DNA of 55,079 bases from assembly GCA_020184695.1 (NCBI GenBank), contig JAANOX010000072.1, forward strand, positions 1 to 55,079. The letters are read 5' to 3'. The DNA comes from Histomonas meleagridis 2922-C6/04-290x. Lineage: Eukaryota; Protista; Parabasalia. How positions within the stretch are numbered: the first letter of the stretch is position 1; each line of letters begins with the position of its first letter. Position numbers and translations under genes: made by a program. The notes under the pieces are model-generated. The model saw only the letters and a list, made by a program, of their open reading frames with translations. It had not been told where the DNA came from and did no database searches. Positions 1 to 9,586 of this stretch are shown piece after piece.

Positions 1-528
1 AATGATGTTGTTTAATTTTTGAATGAATTCGTTGGTTGTGTCTCGAAGTTCTTTGATTTTTTTATTTTGATTTTCACATATTTCTTCGAGTTCTTTGATC
101 TTTTTATTTTGATTTTTACATATTTCTTCAAGTTTTTTGATCTTTTCCTTTTCATCTTCTTCCATTTCTTTTGTGCTGGATGGTGCTGGATAACATTCAT
201 GTTGTCTTTCAATATTTTTATCATTTTCATCTTTTATTGTTATTGACTGTGGTGGTTGGGGAATATTTTCCTTTTCATCTTCTTCCATTTCTTTTGTGCT
301 GGATGGTGCTGGATAACATTCATGTTGTCTTTCAATATTTTTATCATTTTCATCTTTTGTTGTTATTGATTGTGATGGTTGGGGAATATTTTCCTTTTCA
401 TCTTCTTCCATTTCTTTTGTGCTGGATGGTGCTGGATAACATTCATGTTGTCTTTCAACATTTTTATCATTTTCACACCTTATATGAGGTTGTTGTGCTG
501 AAGGTATATTTTCTTTGTTAGCTCCCAT
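1..528 (-). CDS. Partial ORF (open to the window edge) encoding 41-aa and 14-aa tandem repeats; probably the frameshifted C-terminal continuation of the Hsp70-like gene
   Basis: Absent from the ORF track because it has no stop inside the window. ATG at 528 reads MGANKENIPSAQQPHIRCENDKNVERQHECYPAPSSTKEMEEDEKENIPQP...KIKELEEICENQNKKIKELRDTTNEFIQKLNNII with no stop down to base 1. Confidence 0.7.
   Translation of the reverse strand, partial: MGANKENIPSAQQPHIRCENDKNVERQHECYPAPSSTKEMEEDEKENIPQPSQSITTKDENDKNIERQHECYPAPSSTKEMEEDEKENIPQPPQSITIKDENDKNIERQHECYPAPSSTKEMEEDEKEKIKKLEEICKNQNKKIKELEEICENQNKKIKELRDTTNEFIQKLNNII
48..142 (-). repeat. 42-bp tandem repeat (14-aa coiled-coil unit KIKELEEICENQNK), about 2.3 copies
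   Basis: gtt(c/t)tttgat recurs at 48, 90 and 132. Confidence 0.85.
143..475 (-). repeat. 123-bp tandem repeat (41-aa unit), about 2.7 copies
   Basis: ttgtgctggatggtgctggataac recurs at 171, 294 and 417; copies are near-identical. Confidence 0.95.
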
Positions 529-2680
529 TTTTTTTTTTTCTAATATTATTTATAAAATCTCTAATACTTATTGAAAACTTTCCGCCATAATCAAAGATAT
601 CTTCTTTACTCTTTGCATCTTCTGGATTATTACAATGTTTATCTTGGTAATACCAGTTTTTTAGTATCTCCAATTTGATTTTAAGTTTATTTAATTCTTC
701 ATATTTTTCATTATATAAATTAGTATTTCCTTCTCTTTTTAATTGTTCAACAAGTTTACTTGCTTCCTCTTCAACCCCATTTTTTAATGATTGAAATTTA
801 TTGTTACAATATTCGAGAAGTCCTTTTCTTTCTCTTGCATATGCATATATTTCATCAATTTGTTCAACAATACCTGAAATATTTTCTACTTCAATAGAAG
901 CTTCTTGCAAAGACTTTTTTTTCAATGAAGATAAATTTTCCTTTGCGACATTAATTATTTTCATTTCACTTTCATTAACATAATCAGTAAGCCGCTTTAA
1001 TTCATTTAAATTTGATTCAATATTATACTTTATTGTTTCAATTTTTACAATGTTGTCATCATTTTGCTGCATTTGATCTTCGATATTAATGAAATCTTGA
1101 ATTTCTTTTTCACTTAATCCATAATGTGGTTCATATTTAACATTTTCGTTTTCCTTAACCTTAATCATATGTGAAATATTAAGCTCAATATTAACATATT
1201 CTGGATTCCGAACATGTATAACTCCAATTAAATTATTATTTCTAATAAGTTCAATTTTATCATTAACAAGAAGCTTTTCCTCTGAAGGAAGTTGTATTCC
1301 TTTTTCAAATAATAGTATATTTTTATCTTCTCCATTTTCTTTCCATTTGGCATAAATATTAATATCATCATTTTCATTATCAATTATACATTCTTGATAA
1401 ATTTCTTTGATTTCGAAATTTTCATGAATTGGTTCTTTAGGATCAAGCATTGCTGCAATATAGCCCATTCCTTGTGCAACATATTCCGCTGCTTTTCGAT
1501 CAATTCTTAATTCTCGATTAAAGAATTCCCCAATTTTCGTTATAAATGGTTTAACATATGCACTACCACCGATAATGATAATTTCATTTAGTTGATTTTT
1601 ATCAAGATGAGCATCTTCAAGTGCTTTTTGAATTGGCTTTGTGACAACTTGTGTAAGTTCACTAATATTCTCTTCAAATTCTTTGGTCTCTGCGATAAAT
1701 TTATATCCATCACTAAGATAAGCTCCAATATCAACTTCAAATCGTTCACAACGATAATATTTTATCTTGGCATCAATAACATATCTGTTCATTTCCATTA
1801 AAAATGCTTTGACTAGTGATTCATCATCTGAGTTAACTATAATTTTTTCGTTTTTCATTTCTGCAATTTCTTTCAGTTTTTTAATGAAAATATCTCTAAT
1901 TATATCCGAAATATGTGAACCGCTGATATTCAAATCACTAACAGTGCTCAAAATGTTTGTGCGAAGAGTGTCAGGACCTATTGAAACATAATTTGCGATA
2001 GAAACATTCATTGATGAATCCCCAAAATCTATGAACATAGTATTTGATTTTCCAATATCTTCATAGAAGTTATCAAATGCATATTTCATTGCAGCTGCTG
2101 TCGTGGTGTTTATCAGACCTAAGGAGTTGATTTTGATTATTGAAGCTGCATCATAAAGAGCTTGCCTATGATATATGTCCCACCATGGTAATACAGATAA
2201 GTAACATGAAGAGAAGGATTTGTTTTGTATGTGTTTATCTTCAATTAACGAAATGTTTGATAATAAAGATTTTAGCAAATAAGAAATGCACTGCTCTGGT
2301 CTGAGAATTTGAGATTGTTCGTCATTAGACAAAGCTAATTTTATCCCAGTAAAGTTATCTTTAATAGCTTCTAGTTTAAAACAGACATTGTTTGAAAAAG
2401 ATATCCTTTTTGTGTCATCAAATTTCAATGATATTAATTTATTGAGATCAAAAAAAGTCGTCGTTAAGTAATTTGTTAGATTTCTTAAGGATTGTTCTCC
2501 TGCTATACGGTTTGGTGTTAAATAAGATACATATGCTGGCATGTCAATATTTGAAGATGAAGTCGATTCTTTGATAGGGATAAGTTTCATATGTTCATAT
2601 ACAAAAATGTAACCAATGATTCTTTTGTTTCCAAAATCTATTCCAACTGTATAAGAACCTGCTGGTTCTTCTTTATCCAT
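518..2680 (-). CDS. Divergent Hsp70/Hsp110-family protein
   Basis: Motifs VGIDFG, LINTTTAAAMKYA, FIDFGDSSMNVSI, IIIIGGS and a helical C-terminus. Likely ATG is 2680 (MDKEEP); the track start at 2728 is an upstream non-ATG codon. Confidence 0.8.
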   Translation of the reverse strand: MDKEEPAGSYTVGIDFGNKRIIGYIFVYEHMKLIPIKESTSSSNIDMPAYVSYLTPNRIAGEQSLRNLTNYLTTTFFDLNKLISLKFDDTKRISFSNNVCFKLEAIKDNFTGIKLALSNDEQSQILRPEQCISYLLKSLLSNISLIEDKHIQNKSFSSCYLSVLPWWDIYHRQALYDAASIIKINSLGLINTTTAAAMKYAFDNFYEDIGKSNTMFIDFGDSSMNVSIANYVSIGPDTLRTNILSTVSDLNISGSHISDIIRDIFIKKLKEIAEMKNEKIIVNSDDESLVKAFLMEMNRYVIDAKIKYYRCERFEVDIGAYLSDGYKFIAETKEFEENISELTQVVTKPIQKALEDAHLDKNQLNEIIIIGGSAYVKPFITKIGEFFNRELRIDRKAAEYVAQGMGYIAAMLDPKEPIHENFEIKEIYQECIIDNENDDINIYAKWKENGEDKNILLFEKGIQLPSEEKLLVNDKIELIRNNNLIGVIHVRNPEYVNIELNISHMIKVKENENVKYEPHYGLSEKEIQDFINIEDQMQQNDDNIVKIETIKYNIESNLNELKRLTDYVNESEMKIINVAKENLSSLKKKSLQEASIEVENISGIVEQIDEIYAYARERKGLLEYCNNKFQSLKNGVEEEASKLVEQLKREGNTNLYNEKYEELNKLKIKLEILKNWYYQDKHCNNPEDAKSKEDIFDYGGKFSISIRDFINNIRKKKNGS

Positions 2681-3228
2681 GCTCAATCTATGTAAAAAAT
2701 GCCACGCTGTCAAAAAAATTAATGCCAAATCCGAACCGTCATATTAATATGCACTTTTTTGTTATTCCACTTTTTAAATAGTTTATAAAAGCAACAGCAA
2801 AATCGACAAAAAGTATTATTGCATCTCTGTCGTAGTCCCCTCAGAGTTTGCATAGATCAGTGTGTCAAATCTCATTTACCATACTAAATTTTATCTTCTT
2901 TTCCTATTTAATATTATTAATATAACTGATCTCTAATATATATTGCTCATACATGTCTTTTCGATATCATTATATTTTTTTGTCACAATATATGCACATA
3001 TTTGATATCCATCTAAAAATTGTTCTCTATTCTCGGTACTTTATCTTTTTGTTCTTGTTGGAGGGATTTACTTTTTTCTTTTGGAATTAGAAATTAAAAT
3101 TTTTTATGCTCATTTGAAAAATATTTTTTGAGATTGCTTAATATGAATCTTTTCGTTTATGGTAAAAATGTATGAAAAAACAATTAATCTAAAAACATTT
3201 ATAAAGCATTTTATTTTATAAAAAAAAA

Positions 3229-4131
3229 TTATTCATCAAAGCAAAATTTATGTGTCTCTATATTGAAACATGAAAGTGCTCTAACAATTAATGGACTTTT
3301 TTCATCATTTGTGCAAATTTTAGCCAATTCTAATGAAGCATTAGGGTCAATGTCTACTGTTTTTAATGAGATTTTCGCACACAAACTTTGGCCTTCATGA
3401 GGAAACTGAATGTAACCACATTTAATAAGGAAGGAAAGTGTTTTTACACTAAGTAAATTAAGGTTTGAGTTTATAATTTCTGGAACTTTTTTGGGGAAAA
3501 TGAAACAAAAAATATTAAACAATTCAATGGAAGCTTTTGATTTCGTTTGAACACAGAAATCACAAAACGAACAAACAAGCTCTTTGACTTTAATGTGCGA
3601 AGAAGAATCAAAAGGCCAATAAAATGGAATAACTTCTGCAATATAAGAAAATTCTCTATCGTGATACCTAATTTTGAGTGAGGAAGGTTCAAAAAGGTGA
3701 TCTATATCTTGATTTAATTTATCAATGAGAAAAGACCAAATTTGATGATCGGTTCGAATAGATGTTTGGAATGTTTGCATATCATTCACCATTATTTTTG
3801 CAAGTCCATTGAAAAGCCAATTGAAACTGTCTAACGTATCTGCCAAAAATATGAATTGATTAACAAAATCTGGTTGAAGAAATGTTAAATATAGAAGTCG
3901 ATTTAAGACTTGATAAGAAGGATCTTTTCCAAGAACTTTCCATGAATTTGCAAAGTTCATTGCGTTAGAAATAGTTGAATATTCATATTCTTTTCCTTTT
4001 TCCAATAAAGATAATAAAAAATCATCTTCATATTCTTCTGAATTGATTTGCTGGAACAGATTTATGGCTCTATTAAGACATATTTTTCCAAAGAAATTCA
4101 ATCTATTTATGTAAGGTACATTCATTTTCAT
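3229..4131 (-). CDS. Hypothetical protein, probably all-alpha (300 aa)
   Basis: 900-nt open frame in AT-rich DNA; no motif recognised. Confidence 0.65.
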   Translation of the reverse strand: MKMNVPYINRLNFFGKICLNRAINLFQQINSEEYEDDFLLSLLEKGKEYEYSTISNAMNFANSWKVLGKDPSYQVLNRLLYLTFLQPDFVNQFIFLADTLDSFNWLFNGLAKIMVNDMQTFQTSIRTDHQIWSFLIDKLNQDIDHLFEPSSLKIRYHDREFSYIAEVIPFYWPFDSSSHIKVKELVCSFCDFCVQTKSKASIELFNIFCFIFPKKVPEIINSNLNLLSVKTLSFLIKCGYIQFPHEGQSLCAKISLKTVDIDPNASLELAKICTNDEKSPLIVRALSCFNIETHKFCFDE

Positions 4132-4447
4132 TTTTTAGGTTCCTTGGAATAAATTAACGTTCTCCCGTTCTTCAGCTTTTAAAGTTAAGTTATTCCAAGG
4201 AAATATTAAGCTTAATCGTGACGAAGGACAGACAAAAAATAGATTTTTCCCTTTCAAATATTATAATTTTAATTTTGAAAATGATTCTTAATATAAGCAA
4301 TGGAATCAGTGGATAATGTATAAACATTGTAATTATTTTCTTGAGGCGAGTGTATTTTCGAATGATATTAATCTTAAATGTATTATGTTTATTTAAAAAA
4401 AAATATGAGCTAATCAATTTCATATTCGTTTACTGCACACGCATCCA

Positions 4448-4987
4448 TTAAACAAAGTCTTTAAGCCATGAAGGAAAATAATTTTGATCAAAATCATCTT
4501 TTGGTGGATCAAAAAGTTCAATATATTGTTCATCAATTGGGCGCGCCTTTGCTCCAGCAAAGCATCTGTACTCATCAAAGATGGATGTTAATGACCAATT
4601 TTGTAATTTTCGAAGACATCCAACTACTGTTCCTGTTAAATGTGTGCCTTTGTTACAATGAACATAAATTGGATGGTTCCTGATATCTGTAAGATGTTTT
4701 AATGCTTCAATCATTTGTTCTCTTGGGATTGTTTTGAATGGTTCCTTATTTCCTTCCATTTGAACAGTAATCAAATTAATTCCATTTTCCTTAAGGAATT
4801 GTATATTTTTTTGTGGGTAATCTTCTGGACATAAGAAAAGAACTGTTTTTAATTCAAGATGTTTTAAAAATGAAAAATTCCTAAAGTTTGGGTAACTTCC
4901 TCTGTAAATACCTTTAGCAACCAATGAAAAGTTAACAGGTGGAACAATTACTTCATCTGCTTTAATCCTTGAGATTAAGCTGAGCAT
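4448..4987 (-). CDS. SIW14/OCA-like atypical dual-specificity phosphatase; P-loop Arg missing
   Basis: PPVNFSLVAKGIYRGSYP, LKTVLFLCPEDY, VHCNKGTHLTG, QNWSLTSIFDEYRCFAG. Likely ATG is 4987 (MLSLISR). Confidence 0.9.
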   Translation of the reverse strand: MLSLISRIKADEVIVPPVNFSLVAKGIYRGSYPNFRNFSFLKHLELKTVLFLCPEDYPQKNIQFLKENGINLITVQMEGNKEPFKTIPREQMIEALKHLTDIRNHPIYVHCNKGTHLTGTVVGCLRKLQNWSLTSIFDEYRCFAGAKARPIDEQYIELFDPPKDDFDQNYFPSWLKDFV

Positions 4988-5043
4988 TCTTTGGACTAAA
5001 CGGTCGATAGGACACCGTTTAATAGACCGTTTATTTTTAACGA
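4988..5043. promoter_or_regulatory. 56-bp bidirectional promoter with three ACCGTTT (M3-like) motifs
   Basis: AAACGGT(C) at 4998-5005 (GACCGTTT on the minus strand), ACCGTTT at 5014-5020 and GACCGTTT at 5025-5032, lying between divergent ATGs. Confidence 0.6.
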
Positions 5044-5862
5044 ATGGAAAGCACCCTTGCATCATGGGGAAAAGAATATAAATTTGAATTACAGATCTCC
5101 GTGGTCAAAAAACAATTAGTAGAACCTGGGTTTGTAAGGGCGTTAAATGATTTTTTAATATACAATGAAAGATTCGATGAAATTATTGATTATACAGAAA
5201 TAAATTTGCAAGAAATAACATCACTAGTCATAAAGGGAGAAACCTTCCGCGAGTTTTCTCTAATAGCCCTTTATTTTGTAATTGACATTACTCGATTATT
5301 TTTTAATTTTGATCATCCACAGATAGATCAAGTTAACTCTTTTTACTCTATTGCAGATATTACCAACGTTGAAGCGAATTGTGTTAATGCAGCTTTTATG
5401 ATCGAAAACAATTTTGATATTCAAGAATATTTAACACCTTTACTTAACACATCTCTTTCTCGGCTCTTTCGATTTTACTTTTTAGAAAAGTTTAACGAAA
5501 TAGGCGAGTACACATTTGCACTTCGATTTTATAATTTTTTTAATTTGGAACCCGATCTGAACACATCACATGCATGTTCGATTGTGAAATGTCTAGCAGG
5601 AAATGATCTCCAAAGCCAAGCAATCGACTTCATACGGTGTTATTGTGCACCAAACAGAAAAAGTGTCGCAGATGAAATTCTTTATGAGTTGTTAATTGAT
5701 CTCTATACAACAACAATGGAGAAAAAAGACGGCGACCAAAAGCTATCAAAGATATACTTTACAAAAATAGAAAGTGACTTCTTACAGAAATATGCTAAAC
5801 AAGTAACACCTTATGTAGAATGGGAAAATAATAAATTTATTAAAATGTCATTGGATCAATAA
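5044..5862 (+). CDS. ELYS-domain (Ely5-like) nucleoporin candidate, 272 aa
   Basis: LYFVIDI, SF...I...AFMIENN, KFNEIGEYTFALRFY, QAIDFIRCYC and KLSKIYFTKIESDFLQKY occur in the order and spacing of the ELYS domain as I remember it. Confidence 0.6.
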   Translation: MESTLASWGKEYKFELQISVVKKQLVEPGFVRALNDFLIYNERFDEIIDYTEINLQEITSLVIKGETFREFSLIALYFVIDITRLFFNFDHPQIDQVNSFYSIADITNVEANCVNAAFMIENNFDIQEYLTPLLNTSLSRLFRFYFLEKFNEIGEYTFALRFYNFFNLEPDLNTSHACSIVKCLAGNDLQSQAIDFIRCYCAPNRKSVADEILYELLIDLYTTTMEKKDGDQKLSKIYFTKIESDFLQKYAKQVTPYVEWENNKFIKMSLDQ

Positions 5863-7145
5863 ACGATTATTTGTCATATTTGTGATACCAAAAGATAAAT
5901 AAAATTCTAAAAACACTAAAATCTGGTTTTAATCTATATATATTTTCATGAGAATTTGATTAGTATATACTATTTAATCGAATTGATTTTATTTAAATTT
6001 TGATTCCCTTATTATTGTAAAGCAATAACATATAGAAGATAATAGTGATTTTTAATCTTTTTTTTTTAACTTGTCTATTTAATATCTGCAAGTATATGAA
6101 ATTATGCAACTTTTAATGGATGGATTTAGATTATTTATGATGCAGAAAAATTTAATACTTACAGTACCATTTTAAAGAATCAAACAAAATCTTATCAATT
6201 TCAATGTTTCCCCAATATCTCAAGTTTTTATTGAAGGAAATGATCACATGAGAAGAGAGTTACCATGGTCAAAATAATTATTTTATTTCTTCAGCAACTT
6301 TTATCTAGATTTGTTATCAAAAACAAAAATATTATATTAAAAAATATCAAACTACACTTAAATCAATAGCTAACAAAATGTTTGAGAACACTAATGATTT
6401 CCAAGAATAAGTTCTTGCTTAATTGAACATTTGCAATTATGAACATCATCCATACAATAATTTATTTTAATTAAAACCTAAAGATTCATCTAAATTTGAT
6501 GATTAATGTTTAAATTTTAGGTCCAGAAGCGAAAGAATGACTTACTAAAGATTGTACATCAGATTCTAAAAAAAATATTCAACAGAATAGGAAAAAAGAA
6601 ACATAATTTCACAATATTTGAATTCCTGATATATGTATATATATATATATATCAAACATGCGAATATCACACCATTTTTAGATCAATTGGAACAAATGAA
6701 TTTTTAATTAATTAATTATTAATTTTTATTTTTTAGTAAGTTGAATTTTTATATAATATTTTAAAAAATATTATAAATTAGTATCTTTGTTCTAAAAAAA
6801 TAAAGTTAAAACCTCTTCTCATGAAAAGCTTGGTCAATATTTTAAAATCATATTTATCATGTAATGTATATATTTTTCTTTATGAACTTATTAATTTAAT
6901 TCTTTTAGTTGATAAATGATCAAACATTTCATTACACTTACAAATCCACCATTTTTCTTATGTACAATATTTACCGATTATAGCAAAAAGGTATATATCA
7001 CAAAATAAATTTTTTTATGCAATTCAATAAATTCTTATGAAAAAAGCATCTGCAGAATTATGCAAGCTTCATTTCACCAAATAAGAACGATACCATTTCA
7101 GAAACTTACTCGAAAAGTGAAAAGACGTTATTTCCAAAAAAAAAA

Positions 7146-7871
7146 ATGAGTAGAGAAGAATGCATATATAACTTAATTCCAAAGCCACCTCCAGTTGTTG
7201 TTAAAGAACCACTTCACGTGAGCAAGTTTGCTGCGTGCTCTAAACAATTTGAAACAGTCAAAAAGCGTGCACATGGAACCATGGGTCAAACACCAGAACA
7301 AATCAAAAGGTCACCCAAAAACTTTGTCAAAAAAGGTCAATATTGTAAACAACTTCCTCCAAGACAGAGAGCTCCACCACATGGGAATGAGACATTAAAA
7401 AAGCCACCAGTTCCAAGTCATAAAATTCCAACCAAAAGACAAGAAAAACCAAAACGAAACTTTGTTCTTGATAACTGGAAAGCTGCTCCAAAAACCAAAA
7501 AAATTCATCCAGAAGTTACTCAAACATTTTATACAGATAAAAAAGATTATGGAAAAGTTCCTAAATATCTTGCAAGAGTTAAAAAAGAAGCTGCAGCAGA
7601 ACAACAATATTGGAATGAAGTTAAAGAATCAATGCAACCTGAAGATACAGAAACACGTTGTAGACTTCTTTCAGAAGAAGAAAGACTTGAAATATTGAAC
7701 GGCCTTAAAGCGAACTTAGCAGACATAAAGAGGAAACATGCTGCGCTTCGATTTGGTCAGGATAGCCTATCTTTCAGAAGAAAGAAGGAACAAATGGAAG
7801 CTGATATGGCGGAATTAGAAGCAGACATCAAAACATTTTCTAGACAGAACGTGTACATTACAGAAAATTAA
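7146..7871 (+). CDS. ENKUR: Enkurin (flagellar, calmodulin-binding)
   Basis: N-terminal ECIYNLIP, KKDYGKVPKYL, and C-terminal enkurin domain LLSEEERLEILNGLK...KEQMEADMAELEADIKTFSRQNVYI. Confidence 0.9.
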   Translation: MSREECIYNLIPKPPPVVVKEPLHVSKFAACSKQFETVKKRAHGTMGQTPEQIKRSPKNFVKKGQYCKQLPPRQRAPPHGNETLKKPPVPSHKIPTKRQEKPKRNFVLDNWKAAPKTKKIHPEVTQTFYTDKKDYGKVPKYLARVKKEAAAEQQYWNEVKESMQPEDTETRCRLLSEEERLEILNGLKANLADIKRKHAALRFGQDSLSFRRKKEQMEADMAELEADIKTFSRQNVYITEN

Positions 7872-8130
7872 ATTTTTTTATCCTTAAACATTTTTAGAAA
7901 TAAATAAATAATGAAAAGATAATATTATCTTTTTGGTTTACAGAATGTTAATACACATAATTAAAAGATATCAAAATAAAAGTATATTTCTTCAGAAAAC
8001 TGGGTTATTTATTTTTAGAGGCAATTTTAAAGAAATATGAATAAAATGATATGTTTATTTATTTTGTTAATACTTGCAATTTTCCAAACTAAAAGTGAAG
8101 CCGTTTATGTTAGGGCACCCCTATTTCCAC

Positions 8131-9312
8131 ATGTGGAATTTACTTCAGTCCAAATACAATTCGCTTGTTTACGATATTGGATCATCGTCAATTCAGTTTG
8201 GTTTTGCAGGTGACGCTGTGCCTCTTTTTAATATTCCGTCTGCAGCATGTCAATTAAAAGATGATGGCGACACCTATTTTCATTTTGGAAAGAATTGGCT
8301 TGAAAAAAAGATTCCTGGTATTGAAGAGAAACGCCTCATTGATTCCAGTGGTTCATTAACAGATGCCAATTTATTAAGTTCTTTTTTTGATTGGACATAT
8401 GAAGGATCTTGTCTTTCTATTGATTCAGGAGAATGCCCTATTCTTGTTTCTCAACCATCACATTTAACACTCAATCCAGAAAACTTTGATAAATGGCGTG
8501 AAAGTGTCTGTGAAATAGCATTTGAATTTGCACAACATCCCATGGTTTGTTTAGAATATGACTCTGTCCTAGCATGTTTTGCTCATTCCTCAAGTACAGC
8601 TGTTGTAGTTGATTTTGGTTGGTCCTGTGTTCGTTCCACACCAATACTTGAAGGTCGACCACTTCTTAAATCCATGCGTATTGGGAACATTGGAGGCTCA
8701 TTTCTATGTAGTGCACTTGAGAATTACTTTTTATCATGTGGGAAAGTTATTCAGACAATTTTAGATGATCCAAACAACCCAAGTATTCCAACAGAAAGTC
8801 AACGTCGCTGTTGTACACGGTTTGTGTTAGAAGATATTATTCGTTCATGCTTAACATTTGGCACACAAGAGCCCAACATCAAATATTACATGCCGGGGAA
8901 CCCCAACGGAATTAACGTTCAAGACGAAATGCGACAACTTTTGGCACTTATTTGGAATCCGAATTTGCCACAAAAAAATCCAATGATTATTGACTATTTA
9001 TCAATGTCAATTAATAATAATAATACACCCGCAGATGTGAGAAGACAATTGTGGGCAAATATAGTAACAAGCGGAGGATTATCGGGTTTGCCAAACTTTA
9101 GAACACAATTAGAAGTGTTGGCAAGAGCAAGAGCACCAAAAAATTATGCACCTAAAGTATTACAACCTATGCACAGGTTAACAAGTGCAGATAATACGGT
9201 GTGGACAGGAGGATCAATTCTGGCGTCTTTGGATAATTTTGATGAGTTTTGTATAACTAAAAATGATTGGGAAGAAGAGGGGAAAAACATATTGAAGACA
9301 AAGTGCTTATAA
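8131..9312 (+). CDS. Actin-related protein (Arp4-like)
   Basis: LVYDIGSSSIQFGFAGD, VVVDFGW, IGGSFL, NIVTSGGLSGLPNFRTQL, VWTGGSILASL. Likely ATG is 8131; the Arp4 assignment is tentative. Confidence 0.85.
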   Translation: MWNLLQSKYNSLVYDIGSSSIQFGFAGDAVPLFNIPSAACQLKDDGDTYFHFGKNWLEKKIPGIEEKRLIDSSGSLTDANLLSSFFDWTYEGSCLSIDSGECPILVSQPSHLTLNPENFDKWRESVCEIAFEFAQHPMVCLEYDSVLACFAHSSSTAVVVDFGWSCVRSTPILEGRPLLKSMRIGNIGGSFLCSALENYFLSCGKVIQTILDDPNNPSIPTESQRRCCTRFVLEDIIRSCLTFGTQEPNIKYYMPGNPNGINVQDEMRQLLALIWNPNLPQKNPMIIDYLSMSINNNNTPADVRRQLWANIVTSGGLSGLPNFRTQLEVLARARAPKNYAPKVLQPMHRLTSADNTVWTGGSILASLDNFDEFCITKNDWEEEGKNILKTKCL

Positions 9313-9586
9313 TATATAATAGAATGAATTTATATTAGATAATTTGAAAGTAAATAAATATGAATTTGTTTTTTTGAAAAAAATGTTATTCTAAAATATG
9401 CAAATTTTATAGAAATGTTTTTTATACATTACTTAAATCTAAATTGCTATAGGAAAATTTTTTACTTTAAAAATAAGATGAAAATTTAAATTTACTTTAA
9501 CATTCAGTTAAATTTCACATAATGTAAATATAAGAAAAACATACAATGCTTTATTAAGTCTATAATTTTATAACAAATAACATTGT

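Noticed and set aside
171-521. Plus-strand 116-aa hydrophobic repeat ORF, and ORFs 12-230 and 19-246
   Set aside because: Antisense or off-frame shadows of the minus-strand repeat ORF at 1-528.
4132-4430. In-frame 41-codon stretch upstream of the 300-aa ORF, separated by one TAA
   Set aside because: Short, and further upstream all frames are broken. Insufficient to claim read-through or a longer gene.
6200-6480. Kinase-like words (ELPW) in the 1.3-kb gap
   Set aside because: No sustained frame; cannot be distinguished from chance.
6636-6652. (TA)n microsatellites here and at 53929-53946
   Set aside because: Ordinary in AT-rich intergenic DNA.
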